DNA of 64,000 nucleotides from Coxiellaceae bacterium (GTDB lineage Bacteria; Pseudomonadota; Gammaproteobacteria; Coxiellales; Coxiellaceae): NCBI GenBank assembly GCA_029212925.1, contig JARGOB010000005.1, positions 95,663 to 159,662 of the forward strand, read 5' to 3'. Shown piece by piece: positions 18,330 to 28,669 of this stretch (position 1 is its first letter; each line of letters starts with the position of its first letter). The notes under the pieces were generated by a model. It saw only the letters and a program-made list of their open reading frames with translations, ran no database searches and was not told where the DNA came from. The position numbers and the translations under genes were made by a program.

Positions 18330-18626
18330 ATGAACATGTTAGCGGTCTTTAAAGCTTTATCCAACGAAACACGGTTAAAGATTTTACAATGGCTCAGAGA
18401 GCCAGAGCAAAATTTTTCACTGAGCAATCCTGCCGATGAAAGAGGTGTCACTGTTAGCCTTATTCAACAAAAAGCCGGGCTATCACAATCAACAACGTCA
18501 CATTACCTGTCCCTATTACAAGATGCCAAACTGATTTCGGCCACACGTTGCGGCCAATGGACCTACTACCGCCGTAATGAAGAGGTCATCGACAAGCTGA
18601 TCGGTTTCTTGCAAAGGCGACTATGA
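18330..18626 (+). CDS. ArsR/SmtB-family transcriptional regulator
   Basis: 98 aa. FKALSNETRLKILQWL followed by GLSQSTTSHYLSLLQDAKLI, a winged-HTH pattern. Confidence 0.75.
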   Translation: MNMLAVFKALSNETRLKILQWLREPEQNFSLSNPADERGVTVSLIQQKAGLSQSTTSHYLSLLQDAKLISATRCGQWTYYRRNEEVIDKLIGFLQRRL

Positions 18627-18666
18627 CCGTGGATAATGGAACTATTCTTATGGTTAGGTTTGGTTT

Positions 18667-20790
18667 ATGGCAATTCGATTTCGGCAAGTGCTTATTGGTG
18701 TTACCGCCTTACTGAGCTTTAGTGTTCAGAGCGCTTTTGCAGAAAATTTAAGCCAAGTTTACCGCGATGCCCTGCAAAACGATCCGCAATTTAAGCAAGC
18801 GGAAGCCAACTGGTTAACTATCAAACAAAACCTACCGATTGCTGAGTCATCGTTATTTCCAACGCTCAATTTAACCGCCAATCTGGATAAAAATTACTCC
18901 AAAGACCCACTTACTGGCACCGATAGCTTATACAGCACCAATAACTTTGGCATGACGATTACCGAACAAGTGTTCAACTTTGCTAATTGGATGCAAATCA
19001 GCGGCGCTAAATACCAAGTAAGAGCAGCAACAGCGACTTATATGGCCGCCATACAAGATTTAATGCAGCGCACAGCCACCGCTTATTTTGAAACACTCAA
19101 AGCAGCAGCCAGCTTGCGCTTTATCATTGCCAACAAAAACTCAACCTGGCAACTGTACGTACAATCCGAACAAAAATACAAAGTAGGCTTAATCGCCATT
19201 ACCCCAGTGTATGACGCCCAAGCGAATTACGATATTGCCGTCTCACGAGAAATCGATGCACGCAATCAGGTACATGATCGCTTAGAAGATTTGCGTGCGA
19301 TTACCGGTAAGTTTTACACCCGCCTTTACTCATTAGGCAAAAAGCAAGTCCCGCTATTTATTCCGGTACCCAAAAACATCGACAAATGGACCGATATAGC
19401 AATTAAACAAAACTGGGGCATTGTTTCAGATAAATACACATTGCTATATCAAAAGCGTACGATTCAACAAACCGCTGCGGGCAATTACCCCACACTGGAT
19501 GCCAACGCTGCCTGGACAACCACAAACTACAACAGCCAAGGCTCACAAATAGGACTTACCAATAATAAAGCGGCTACCATTGCCGGCTTATCGCTTAACT
19601 TTCCGTTCTTCCAAGGTGGTTTAATTTCTGCTTCAACACAGCAAGAAGAATATAAATACATGAGAGCCAACGCCACCTTGCTCACCACCTACCGTACAGT
19701 GGTGAATGATACGCGCCAATCTTACTTGGGCATCATTGCCGGCATCAGTGGCGTGAAAGCAGATCGCCAATCAGTTATTTCAAACCGCAACTCATACCGC
19801 GCTACACTAGCAGGTTATGCCGTTGGTACACGTACCATGGTCGACGTATTGCAAGCCTTAACACAACTATACAACCAAGAAAGCGTCTACGTATTAGCAC
19901 AATATGACTACATCATTAATCTGGTATCGCTAAAACAAAATGCAGGCACGCTATCCACTAAAGATCTCGCTAAAATTAATTCCTGGCTTATTCAAAATGA
20001 AAAATTGGTGAATAAGAAATTCAACAACACCTACACACCGGGTGATCCACCGCCAGACCTTAAATTACAAGGCCAATCAGATACGTTAGGCCCACCAGCA
20101 ACTGCACCACAGGCACAACCCTATGGTGATGGACCGCGCACAGGTGATATGCCTCGCCTCAATAATTCCGACACATCCAGTCGTGACATTAAGCGTGACC
20201 ACTACGGGGTACAACTGTATGCCAGCAACAACCGCGGTGCAGCGCAATCGTTTATTGTCGCCAATGGCTTAGTCGGCAAAGCCAAAATTATGCGCAGTAA
20301 TGCAAGAAGACTACCGTCCTATAAAGTCATGATGGGTGACTACAAAACATTTGCTAAAGCCAATGCGGCTCGTCATCGCTTACCGAAAACATTGCAAAAA
20401 CTGCACCCATGGGTCAGCCATATTCGCGCCAAGCATCACAAAATTGTTACTGCTAAAGCAACAATTAAAGCACCGAGAGTGACTTATAAAGTAGTACCTA
20501 AACATAAAACGACTACCACCAAACACAAAATCGCAAAAGCAAAAATCGTGAAAGCTGCCACCAAAGCCACCGCATTACCAGCACCAAAAGCTTCCGCAAC
20601 TAGCGTCACGAAGGCTAAAGTAAAAGCTAAAGCGCCGAAGGTGGCTCATGCAATTAAAGCGGCCGCTACGCCTAAAAAGCAAACCAATAAAAAAGTAGCT
20701 CACGCCACACAGCACAAAGAAAAACCTGCAGTAAAAGCCAAACCGATCCAAACAGCTACCGCAGATTTGCAGCTACCTAGACCTTCTTAA
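18667..20790 (+). CDS. tolC: TolC outer-membrane channel fused to a C-terminal SPOR domain and a Lys/Ala-rich tail
   Basis: 707 aa. Residues 1 to about 450 look like TolC (signal peptide; ENLSQVYRDALQNDPQFKQAEANW; two repeat halves). A Pro-rich linker follows. Next comes a SPOR-like segment (HYGVQLYASNN...YKVMMGDYKTFAKANAARHRLPKTLQKLHPWV). The final part is a K/A/T-rich tail of about 120 aa. Confidence 0.8.
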   Translation: MAIRFRQVLIGVTALLSFSVQSAFAENLSQVYRDALQNDPQFKQAEANWLTIKQNLPIAESSLFPTLNLTANLDKNYSKDPLTGTDSLYSTNNFGMTITEQVFNFANWMQISGAKYQVRAATATYMAAIQDLMQRTATAYFETLKAAASLRFIIANKNSTWQLYVQSEQKYKVGLIAITPVYDAQANYDIAVSREIDARNQVHDRLEDLRAITGKFYTRLYSLGKKQVPLFIPVPKNIDKWTDIAIKQNWGIVSDKYTLLYQKRTIQQTAAGNYPTLDANAAWTTTNYNSQGSQIGLTNNKAATIAGLSLNFPFFQGGLISASTQQEEYKYMRANATLLTTYRTVVNDTRQSYLGIIAGISGVKADRQSVISNRNSYRATLAGYAVGTRTMVDVLQALTQLYNQESVYVLAQYDYIINLVSLKQNAGTLSTKDLAKINSWLIQNEKLVNKKFNNTYTPGDPPPDLKLQGQSDTLGPPATAPQAQPYGDGPRTGDMPRLNNSDTSSRDIKRDHYGVQLYASNNRGAAQSFIVANGLVGKAKIMRSNARRLPSYKVMMGDYKTFAKANAARHRLPKTLQKLHPWVSHIRAKHHKIVTAKATIKAPRVTYKVVPKHKTTTTKHKIAKAKIVKAATKATALPAPKASATSVTKAKVKAKAPKVAHAIKAAATPKKQTNKKVAHATQHKEKPAVKAKPIQTATADLQLPRPS

Positions 20791-22051
20791 TCAAACCATC
20801 AATAAGCGTTAAGTGTCGCTTCAATGCGCCCTGATTTGAAAGAATCACTTGCTGTCCGCGCTTACCCATCTCGTGTCGTAATGCGACATCATCTAATAAC
20901 TGCTTACACTGCGCCACACGCTCTTCATGATTATGTGAAATCAACACAGCGTCAGCTTGCAGTAACATATCGCGCACGGCGATAAAATTATGTAACACGT
21001 GCCCGGTCATCACCGGAATACCTAAAATAGCTGGCTCAATTAAATTATGACCACCAGTAGTACCAATACTGCCCGCCACAAACGCCATATCACTGGCTGA
21101 TAAGAATAATTTCATCTCACCCAAAGTATCACCCAAAAAGATATCGACATCTTCAGTCACTGCATCATCAAGACTACGACGCTTGGTATTAAATCCAGCG
21201 TCTTTACACAGCTTAAACACGCGATCAAAACGATCCGTATGACGCGGCACCAATACTAGCAACAAATCATCGTAACCCTGCTGCTTGAGCGCACGAAACA
21301 TCTGCAGCACATGCTCTTCTTCACCTTCGTGCGTACTGGCAACCGTTAATACGGTACGCGTATCACCACCCCAGGATTGACGCAGCTGCTGCCCTTTTTG
21401 TAGCAGCTCTTCTGGCACAGTAATATCAAACTTAATATTACCCGCCACGTTTAAATGTTTTTTTGGCAAACCTAAATCAACAAAACGCTGACCATCCGCC
21501 TCACTTTGTGCGGCGACCACTGAAAAACAGTTCAACATTTGCTTAGCTAAACCACCAATACGCGCATAACCATCCGCCGAACGCTGTGACAAACGCGCAT
21601 TAGCTAGCATCAACGGAATCTTGCGCTCATTTACATAATGTAATAAATTTGGCCACCACTCTGTTTCCATAATAATCGCCATCACTGGGTTCATGTGGTT
21701 TAAAAAACGATTAACCACTGAAGGCAAGTCATACGGCGTATAAATATGCACCACATCATCACCAAAATGTTTAAGCACTTGCTCGGAACCCGTCGGTGTC
21801 GTCGTCGTCACCACTAGCGGCAAATCTGGGTAACGTTTGCGCAGCTGCTTAATCATCGGCAGGGCAGCCATAAATTCACCAACCGAAACCGCATGCAACC
21901 AAATGCTCTGCTTCACCGGCGGGCAATCATAGCGCGCAAAACGCTCATTCCAACGCTGGCGATAAGCCGGCAAATTGCGTGAACGCAAAACCAACCGCAA
22001 CATAATGAATGGTACGGCAACATATAATAATAAAGAGTAAATTTTTCGCAT
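20777..22051 (-). CDS. waaA: 3-deoxy-D-manno-octulosonic acid (Kdo) transferase
   Basis: Likely start is MRKIYSLLLY at 22051. Motifs WLHAVSVGE, TTTTPTG and EPAILGIPV are typical of WaaA/KdtA. Its 3' end overlaps the tolC 3' end by 14 nt (convergent). Confidence 0.9.
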   Translation of the reverse strand: MRKIYSLLLYVAVPFIMLRLVLRSRNLPAYRQRWNERFARYDCPPVKQSIWLHAVSVGEFMAALPMIKQLRKRYPDLPLVVTTTTPTGSEQVLKHFGDDVVHIYTPYDLPSVVNRFLNHMNPVMAIIMETEWWPNLLHYVNERKIPLMLANARLSQRSADGYARIGGLAKQMLNCFSVVAAQSEADGQRFVDLGLPKKHLNVAGNIKFDITVPEELLQKGQQLRQSWGGDTRTVLTVASTHEGEEEHVLQMFRALKQQGYDDLLLVLVPRHTDRFDRVFKLCKDAGFNTKRRSLDDAVTEDVDIFLGDTLGEMKLFLSASDMAFVAGSIGTTGGHNLIEPAILGIPVMTGHVLHNFIAVRDMLLQADAVLISHNHEERVAQCKQLLDDVALRHEMGKRGQQVILSNQGALKRHLTLIDGLIKKV

Positions 22052-22137
22052 GCGCGCGATTATATATGCTCTGCAACCGAAATTGTACCCCAATCGAAAA
22101 CCTGATAGCCTAACAACAACAAAATGAGGACAAAGTC

Positions 22138-22389
22138 ATGAAAAAATTCATAATATTCAATACGCTGATCACTCCAGTTATATTACAAATTATATTCTGG
22201 GTAGGCACCGTTGCCTTTATCATCTTTGGCTTACTCGACATCATTGTGAACCACCGCTATATCATAGGTGTGCAATTAGTGATCTTAGGCCCCATCGGCT
22301 TACGTGTATTAACCGAGCTATTGCTTATTCCTTTTCGAATTAACGATAAATTAGATGCTATCATTCAACATAAGTCGTCAGTCGTGTAG
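22138..22389 (+). CDS. Small two-TM membrane protein (DUF4282-like)
   Basis: 83 aa with two hydrophobic helices. SD GAGGA lies upstream. Confidence 0.5.
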   Translation: MKKFIIFNTLITPVILQIIFWVGTVAFIIFGLLDIIVNHRYIIGVQLVILGPIGLRVLTELLLIPFRINDKLDAIIQHKSSVV

Positions 22390-22412
22390 AATACCCGACC
22401 CAATCGATCTAG

Positions 22413-24329
<1,917 letters not shown>

Positions 24330-24354
24330 TTCAACCCATGCAATTGAGGTAACC

Positions 24355-24726
24355 ATGCATCATAAACAGAAATTTATTGATAGCGTCAATGACGCAAAAA
24401 CACGTATCGAAGAAACCGATATCAATCACGTAAAAGCCTGGCTCGATCAAGGTGATGATATGCTCCTTATAGATGTGCGCGAGCGCGTGGAGTGGGATAA
24501 TGGTCATCTGCCTAATGCTATATACCTTGGCAAAGGAATCCTAGAGCGCGACATCGAAACTATGGTGCCTGACACAGCCACGAAACTTGTGCTGTATTGC
24601 GGCGGCGGTTATCGCTCAGCATTAGCAGCCGACAGCCTGCAAAAAATGGGTTATAACAATGTGATTTCAATGGACGGTGGCTATCGCCACTGGGCAGAAG
24701 CCAACTACCCAATCGAATCTGACTAA
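24355..24726 (+). CDS. Rhodanese-domain sulfurtransferase
   Basis: Active-site loop YCGGGYRS. Preferred start is MHHKQKF at 24355. Confidence 0.8.
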   Translation: MHHKQKFIDSVNDAKTRIEETDINHVKAWLDQGDDMLLIDVRERVEWDNGHLPNAIYLGKGILERDIETMVPDTATKLVLYCGGGYRSALAADSLQKMGYNNVISMDGGYRHWAEANYPIESD

Positions 24727-24727
24727 G

Positions 24728-25273
24728 ATGAAACCAAGCACGCGACTACCCAATATATATTTAATCGGCCCCATGGGTGCCGGTAAAACCAGTGTCGGTC
24801 GCCGCCTTGCAAAACTCAGTCAATTACAATACATCGATACTGATGATGAAGTGTGCGCACGCAGTGGCGTTGATATAAACTGGATATTCGAGGTCGAAGG
24901 TGAATCCGGTTTTCGTAAACGTGAAGCAGCATTAATATTAGAACTCAGTCAACGCAACAACTTATTAGTATCAACCGGCGGCGGCAGCATTATGGATTCT
25001 GATAGCCGCAAGCACTTAAGAGACACTGGCATTGTCGTGTATTTGCAAGTTAGCTTTGAACAGCAATTTGATCGTACACAACAACGTCGGGGCACACGAC
25101 CCATGCTGGAATCGGGTGAATCATTTCGCGATAACCTAGCAAGCCTCAATCGTGAACGCGAACCACTGTATCAATCTATTGCTCATCTCAGCTACTTAAC
25201 CGATCAATTTGATCCAACCGCCTTGGCAAAAAAAATCTATAATGACGTGCAACAGTTAAATGAACAACCATGA
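24728..25273 (+). CDS. aroK: Shikimate kinase
   Basis: IYLIGPMGAGKTSVGRRLA (P-loop) and a GGG motif. Directly precedes aroB, as in the aroK-aroB operon. Confidence 0.9.
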   Translation: MKPSTRLPNIYLIGPMGAGKTSVGRRLAKLSQLQYIDTDDEVCARSGVDINWIFEVEGESGFRKREAALILELSQRNNLLVSTGGGSIMDSDSRKHLRDTGIVVYLQVSFEQQFDRTQQRRGTRPMLESGESFRDNLASLNREREPLYQSIAHLSYLTDQFDPTALAKKIYNDVQQLNEQP

Positions 25274-26304
25274 TGAAATTTTCTACTATCACCTGTCAGC
25301 ATAACGCGCTGCAACAAACAAGCTGCTTTGAAAAACAAAATCATTACAGCGCTTACTTAATTATTAGCGACAAAACCGTCGCGCCATTATACTTACAACA
25401 AGTTGCATCACACTTTCCAGCTAATCGAATTCATCACATCATTTTACCTGCGGGCGAAACACATAAAAATATCGATAGCTATCAACAAATTATTGATAAA
25501 CTCATTCAACTTAAATTTGATCGTAACAGTTGCGTCATCACTTTAGGTGGCGGCATTATCACCGACCTAGGTGGCTTTGTGGCCGCCACATACTTGCGTG
25601 GCATTCACTTAATCAACATTCCTACCAGCTTACTGGCACAAGTCGATGCATCCATTGGCGGCAAGACTGCGATCAATCATAACGCTGCAAAAAATATGAT
25701 AGGCGCATTCTATGCAGCTGACAGCGTTATTATCGACGTAGCTTGCTTACGCTCGCTGGACCCACGTCAATTTAATAATGGCATGGCAGAAGTCATTAAA
25801 GCCGCATGCATTAAAGATGCTGAATTTTTTACTTGGTTAGATCAAAACCAATCCACAATAAAACAACAACAAGCTGATGCTTTACTGCACATGATCAAAC
25901 AAGCCCTACAAATCAAACAACACATTGTTGATGCCGACCCTTATGAACAAGGTGAACGCCGGCTATTAAATTTTGGACATACACTAGGCCACGCCATCGA
26001 AAAAGCCAGCAACTACCAGTTACTGCACGGCGAGGCCGTCAGTATTGGCATGTCACTGGCAGCAGATATATCGCAACAACGTAACCTTTTACCCGCACAA
26101 CAAAACACACAACTGAAACAATTGCTATCTGATTGGCAATTACCCATTGCCCTGCCCAACAATTTACCTCAAGAAACGCTACTCAACTCACTGAGCCTCG
26201 ACAAAAAAATCAGCAATGGCCATATAAAAATGATACTATTGCAACAAATCGGGCAAGCTATTTGGCAAGAATTAACCGTAGGAGCAATACTTGCACACCA
26301 CTGA
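25270..26304 (+). CDS. aroB: 3-dehydroquinate synthase
   Basis: GGGIITDLGGFVAATYLRGI, IPTSLLAQVDASIGGKTAINH and the metal-binding HTLGHAIE..HGEAV. Confidence 0.9.
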   Translation: MMKFSTITCQHNALQQTSCFEKQNHYSAYLIISDKTVAPLYLQQVASHFPANRIHHIILPAGETHKNIDSYQQIIDKLIQLKFDRNSCVITLGGGIITDLGGFVAATYLRGIHLINIPTSLLAQVDASIGGKTAINHNAAKNMIGAFYAADSVIIDVACLRSLDPRQFNNGMAEVIKAACIKDAEFFTWLDQNQSTIKQQQADALLHMIKQALQIKQHIVDADPYEQGERRLLNFGHTLGHAIEKASNYQLLHGEAVSIGMSLAADISQQRNLLPAQQNTQLKQLLSDWQLPIALPNNLPQETLLNSLSLDKKISNGHIKMILLQQIGQAIWQELTVGAILAHH

Positions 26305-26317
26305 TTACTTCCCATCG

Positions 26318-27730
26318 ATGAATCAATCGTCTCATATTCAACGCATGATCAATTTTTTGCAAGATTCAGAGCAACTGCTATTAATCTTGGGCGAACATGG
26401 CACAGGCAAGTCCAGCCTACTAAAACACTTTAGCGAACTCGGCAGAATGCCAGCCAACACCATTGAGCTCAAAGGCAAAGCTAACTTACAACCATTCAAA
26501 CTAACCAAAGCTATTTGCAAACAATGGCACCTGAAAATCAAAGCCGGACAAGCATTCAGTCAACAACAACTGGATGATATTTTAGTCGGCATGAAAAAAT
26601 ATCACCAAGCCGGTTTAATCATCATCGACGCCGCCCACTTATTACCCATTGCCACTCTCGCCGCATTAATGCACATCTGCTTAAATCAACAGTCGCATCA
26701 AATTGTGTTGCGCATTATGTTAATCGGCGAACCAAGCCTAGCTGACACCCTAAGCAACCTACATCACCCCAACATCGTTATACCAAAAATTGAATTGGCT
26801 CCACTGACTAAAACAGAAACCTTAGCTTTCGTTGAACATACCTTAGATAAAATGGGTGTTGGCAAAGAACACCACCTCGACGACGCTCAAGTCGATCAAA
26901 TTTACCAACAATCGCGCGGCATACCAGCCAACATCAACAAAGCCCTAACACCCTACCTGCGCAATAAAACACACTCAACTGCTGAAATCACACAACAATT
27001 GCAATCCAATACCTATGCCGAAGATAAAGGCAGTTGGCTACAACGCCATTGGATAAAGCTCGCAAGCATCGCCATGCTAAGCTTTGCATTTATTGGTATG
27101 CACCAATATCAAAAACGTATCGATGCAATGAGCAAGATGGTATTCAATAAGCCCATGCCCGCTGTAGAAAAGCACCATAGCGCCTTACCAGCTTTAGCAC
27201 ACTACACACCAACCAACCAATCAGCAGTCACACCGGCTCAACCAGTAACAAAAACACATGTTCAGCTGCCTGCTGAAAAACAAACTAAAGCGACACCAGT
27301 AGCGCCTACTAAACAACCCATTCAAGCTGCAGCCAAGACCACTGAAAAACCAACCGCTCAACCACCAATGATGATGGCAGCAACAATATCGCCAGCTGTA
27401 CCTAAAAAGTCAATTATCGAAGCGGTTACTGCAACACCACAACCAAATGCGAACCCTGTGGCAAAAGCAAAACCCGCATTAACAACAGCCAAGCATGCCA
27501 CACCGCATTATGTGATTCAGCTAATGGGTGATTACACCAAAGTATCACTGAAGCGTGCACAAACAAAAATTGCTGCGCAAACTACGATTCGTAAGCAACA
27601 ACGTAATGGCAAAGATTGGTTTATCTTAACCTATGGTGCTTATGACACTTCAAAACAAGCACGCCATGCGTTAAAACAATTACCGGCTCAACTTAAAGCT
27701 AATCACCCGTGGATAAAACCACTGCATTAG
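26318..27730 (+). CDS. ExeA-like AAA ATPase with a C-terminal SPOR domain (in the DamX position)
   Basis: Walker A GEHGTGKS, Walker B IIIDAAHLL, a central TM and a Pro/Ala/Thr-rich linker. C-terminal SPOR domain: HYVIQLMG...WFILTYGAYDTSKQARHALKQLPAQLKANHPWI. Follows aroK-aroB as damX does in enterics. ATG 26318 is preferred over TTG 26291. Confidence 0.7.
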   Translation: MNQSSHIQRMINFLQDSEQLLLILGEHGTGKSSLLKHFSELGRMPANTIELKGKANLQPFKLTKAICKQWHLKIKAGQAFSQQQLDDILVGMKKYHQAGLIIIDAAHLLPIATLAALMHICLNQQSHQIVLRIMLIGEPSLADTLSNLHHPNIVIPKIELAPLTKTETLAFVEHTLDKMGVGKEHHLDDAQVDQIYQQSRGIPANINKALTPYLRNKTHSTAEITQQLQSNTYAEDKGSWLQRHWIKLASIAMLSFAFIGMHQYQKRIDAMSKMVFNKPMPAVEKHHSALPALAHYTPTNQSAVTPAQPVTKTHVQLPAEKQTKATPVAPTKQPIQAAAKTTEKPTAQPPMMMAATISPAVPKKSIIEAVTATPQPNANPVAKAKPALTTAKHATPHYVIQLMGDYTKVSLKRAQTKIAAQTTIRKQQRNGKDWFILTYGAYDTSKQARHALKQLPAQLKANHPWIKPLH

Positions 27731-27756
27731 CAGCAGCTATTTAATTTTATATACTC

Positions 27757-27775
27757 AAAAAAAAAAAAAAAAAAA
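27757..27775. repeat. Homopolymeric A19 tract
   Basis: 19 consecutive A residues counted in the intergenic region, 27 nt after the SPOR gene stop and 124 nt before the HTH gene start. Confidence 0.95.
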
Positions 27776-27844
27776 CAATCACCTGCACAAGCAACTTACT
27801 ATTCAATGCACACAAGATATTGACACAATTAATTACGAGTTATC

Positions 27845-27859
27845 TGTATTAAGAATACA
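27845..27859. promoter_or_regulatory. Candidate operator palindrome upstream of the HTH/S24-like repressor gene
   Basis: TGTATTaagAATACA has perfect 6-bp arms and lies just downstream of a TTGACA hexamer (27820-27825). With flanks it reads CTGTATTAAGAATACAA. That is close to the gamma-proteobacterial LexA box CTGT-N8-ACAG, but it is one nt too long and its last base differs. Confidence 0.35.
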
Positions 27860-27898
27860 AGTCACATTTGTTCTTTTCTGTGCTAACGTGCTCTCACT

Positions 27899-28579
27899 AT
27901 GAAAATATTATCACTTACAGAAGCTCGAGAACGTGGGTTACGAATTAAAGAAGCACGCATATTCGCCGGCTTTAAGTCAGCACGCGCTTTCTGTGAACGT
28001 CACAGTGATGTTGCACTCTCAACATTAAAAGCATGGGAATCGGGTAAACACTATATCTTAACACCCAAAGGCGCTTACTTAATTTCAATGGCATTAAAAC
28101 AACACCACGTTGATGTTAACATTGAATGGTTACTGGACGGCAAAGGTTTAGGTCCGACACTGACTAATTCAAACGGCATTAAAATAAGTGATTCGGATGC
28201 TTTACTATCAACATTGCTACAGCAGCATGAAGAGCAACTACCTACAGAGCTTAATCAATTTTTACAATCCAGCCCCAATGCGGTGCATTACCAAATGCCT
28301 GACGACTGCATGCGACCGGTATTTGCTAAAGGCGATTGGTTATGCGGATTTTGGATACCGCTCGAAGATTATAGTGTTTTAAACCGTTGTTATGCGCTAA
28401 TCGAACAAACTGATGGCACAGTTGTGTGCCGCTATGTACTCGATAATCATAGTGATACCATTCATGCGCAAACCATGCGTGCGACCGATCCGGTTTATTT
28501 AAAAGCCTTAAGAGTCGCCATGATTACCCGAAATTATCGCAATACGGAATCAGTCGTTAAGCAACCCGCTGAAATTTAA
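27899..28579 (+). CDS. XRE/cI-type HTH repressor with an S24 peptidase-like C-terminal domain (non-canonical dyad)
   Basis: N-terminal HTH (LRIKEARIFAGFKSARAFCERHSDVALSTLKAWESG). In the C-terminal domain, DDCMRPVFAKGDWL aligns with the GDSM...GD motif of LexA/cI, with Cys in place of the nucleophile Ser. The Lys-equivalent position appears to be Arg (VVCRYVL). Confidence 0.6.
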   Translation: MKILSLTEARERGLRIKEARIFAGFKSARAFCERHSDVALSTLKAWESGKHYILTPKGAYLISMALKQHHVDVNIEWLLDGKGLGPTLTNSNGIKISDSDALLSTLLQQHEEQLPTELNQFLQSSPNAVHYQMPDDCMRPVFAKGDWLCGFWIPLEDYSVLNRCYALIEQTDGTVVCRYVLDNHSDTIHAQTMRATDPVYLKALRVAMITRNYRNTESVVKQPAEI

Positions 28580-28630
28580 TCTATCCCCCCAAATAACACA
28601 TTTGTTTATCCGGGATCTAGTTATATTTTT

Positions 28631-28662
28631 TCTGGATCCCGGATCAAGGCCGGGATGACAAC
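28631..28662. repeat. REP-like hairpin element, copy b
   Basis: TCTGGATCCCGGATCAAGGCCGGGATGACAAC lies between convergent genes. An extra complementary arm, ATCCGGGATC, is at 28608-28617. Confidence 0.75.
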
Positions 28663-28669
28663 ACTAATC

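Noticed and set aside
27899-28579. This gene as lexA
   Set aside because: The N-terminal domain is an XRE/cI-type HTH rather than the LexA winged helix (there is no resemblance to MKALTARQQEVF...). The upstream palindrome is one nt longer than a CTGT-N8-ACAG box, and the catalytic dyad is non-canonical.
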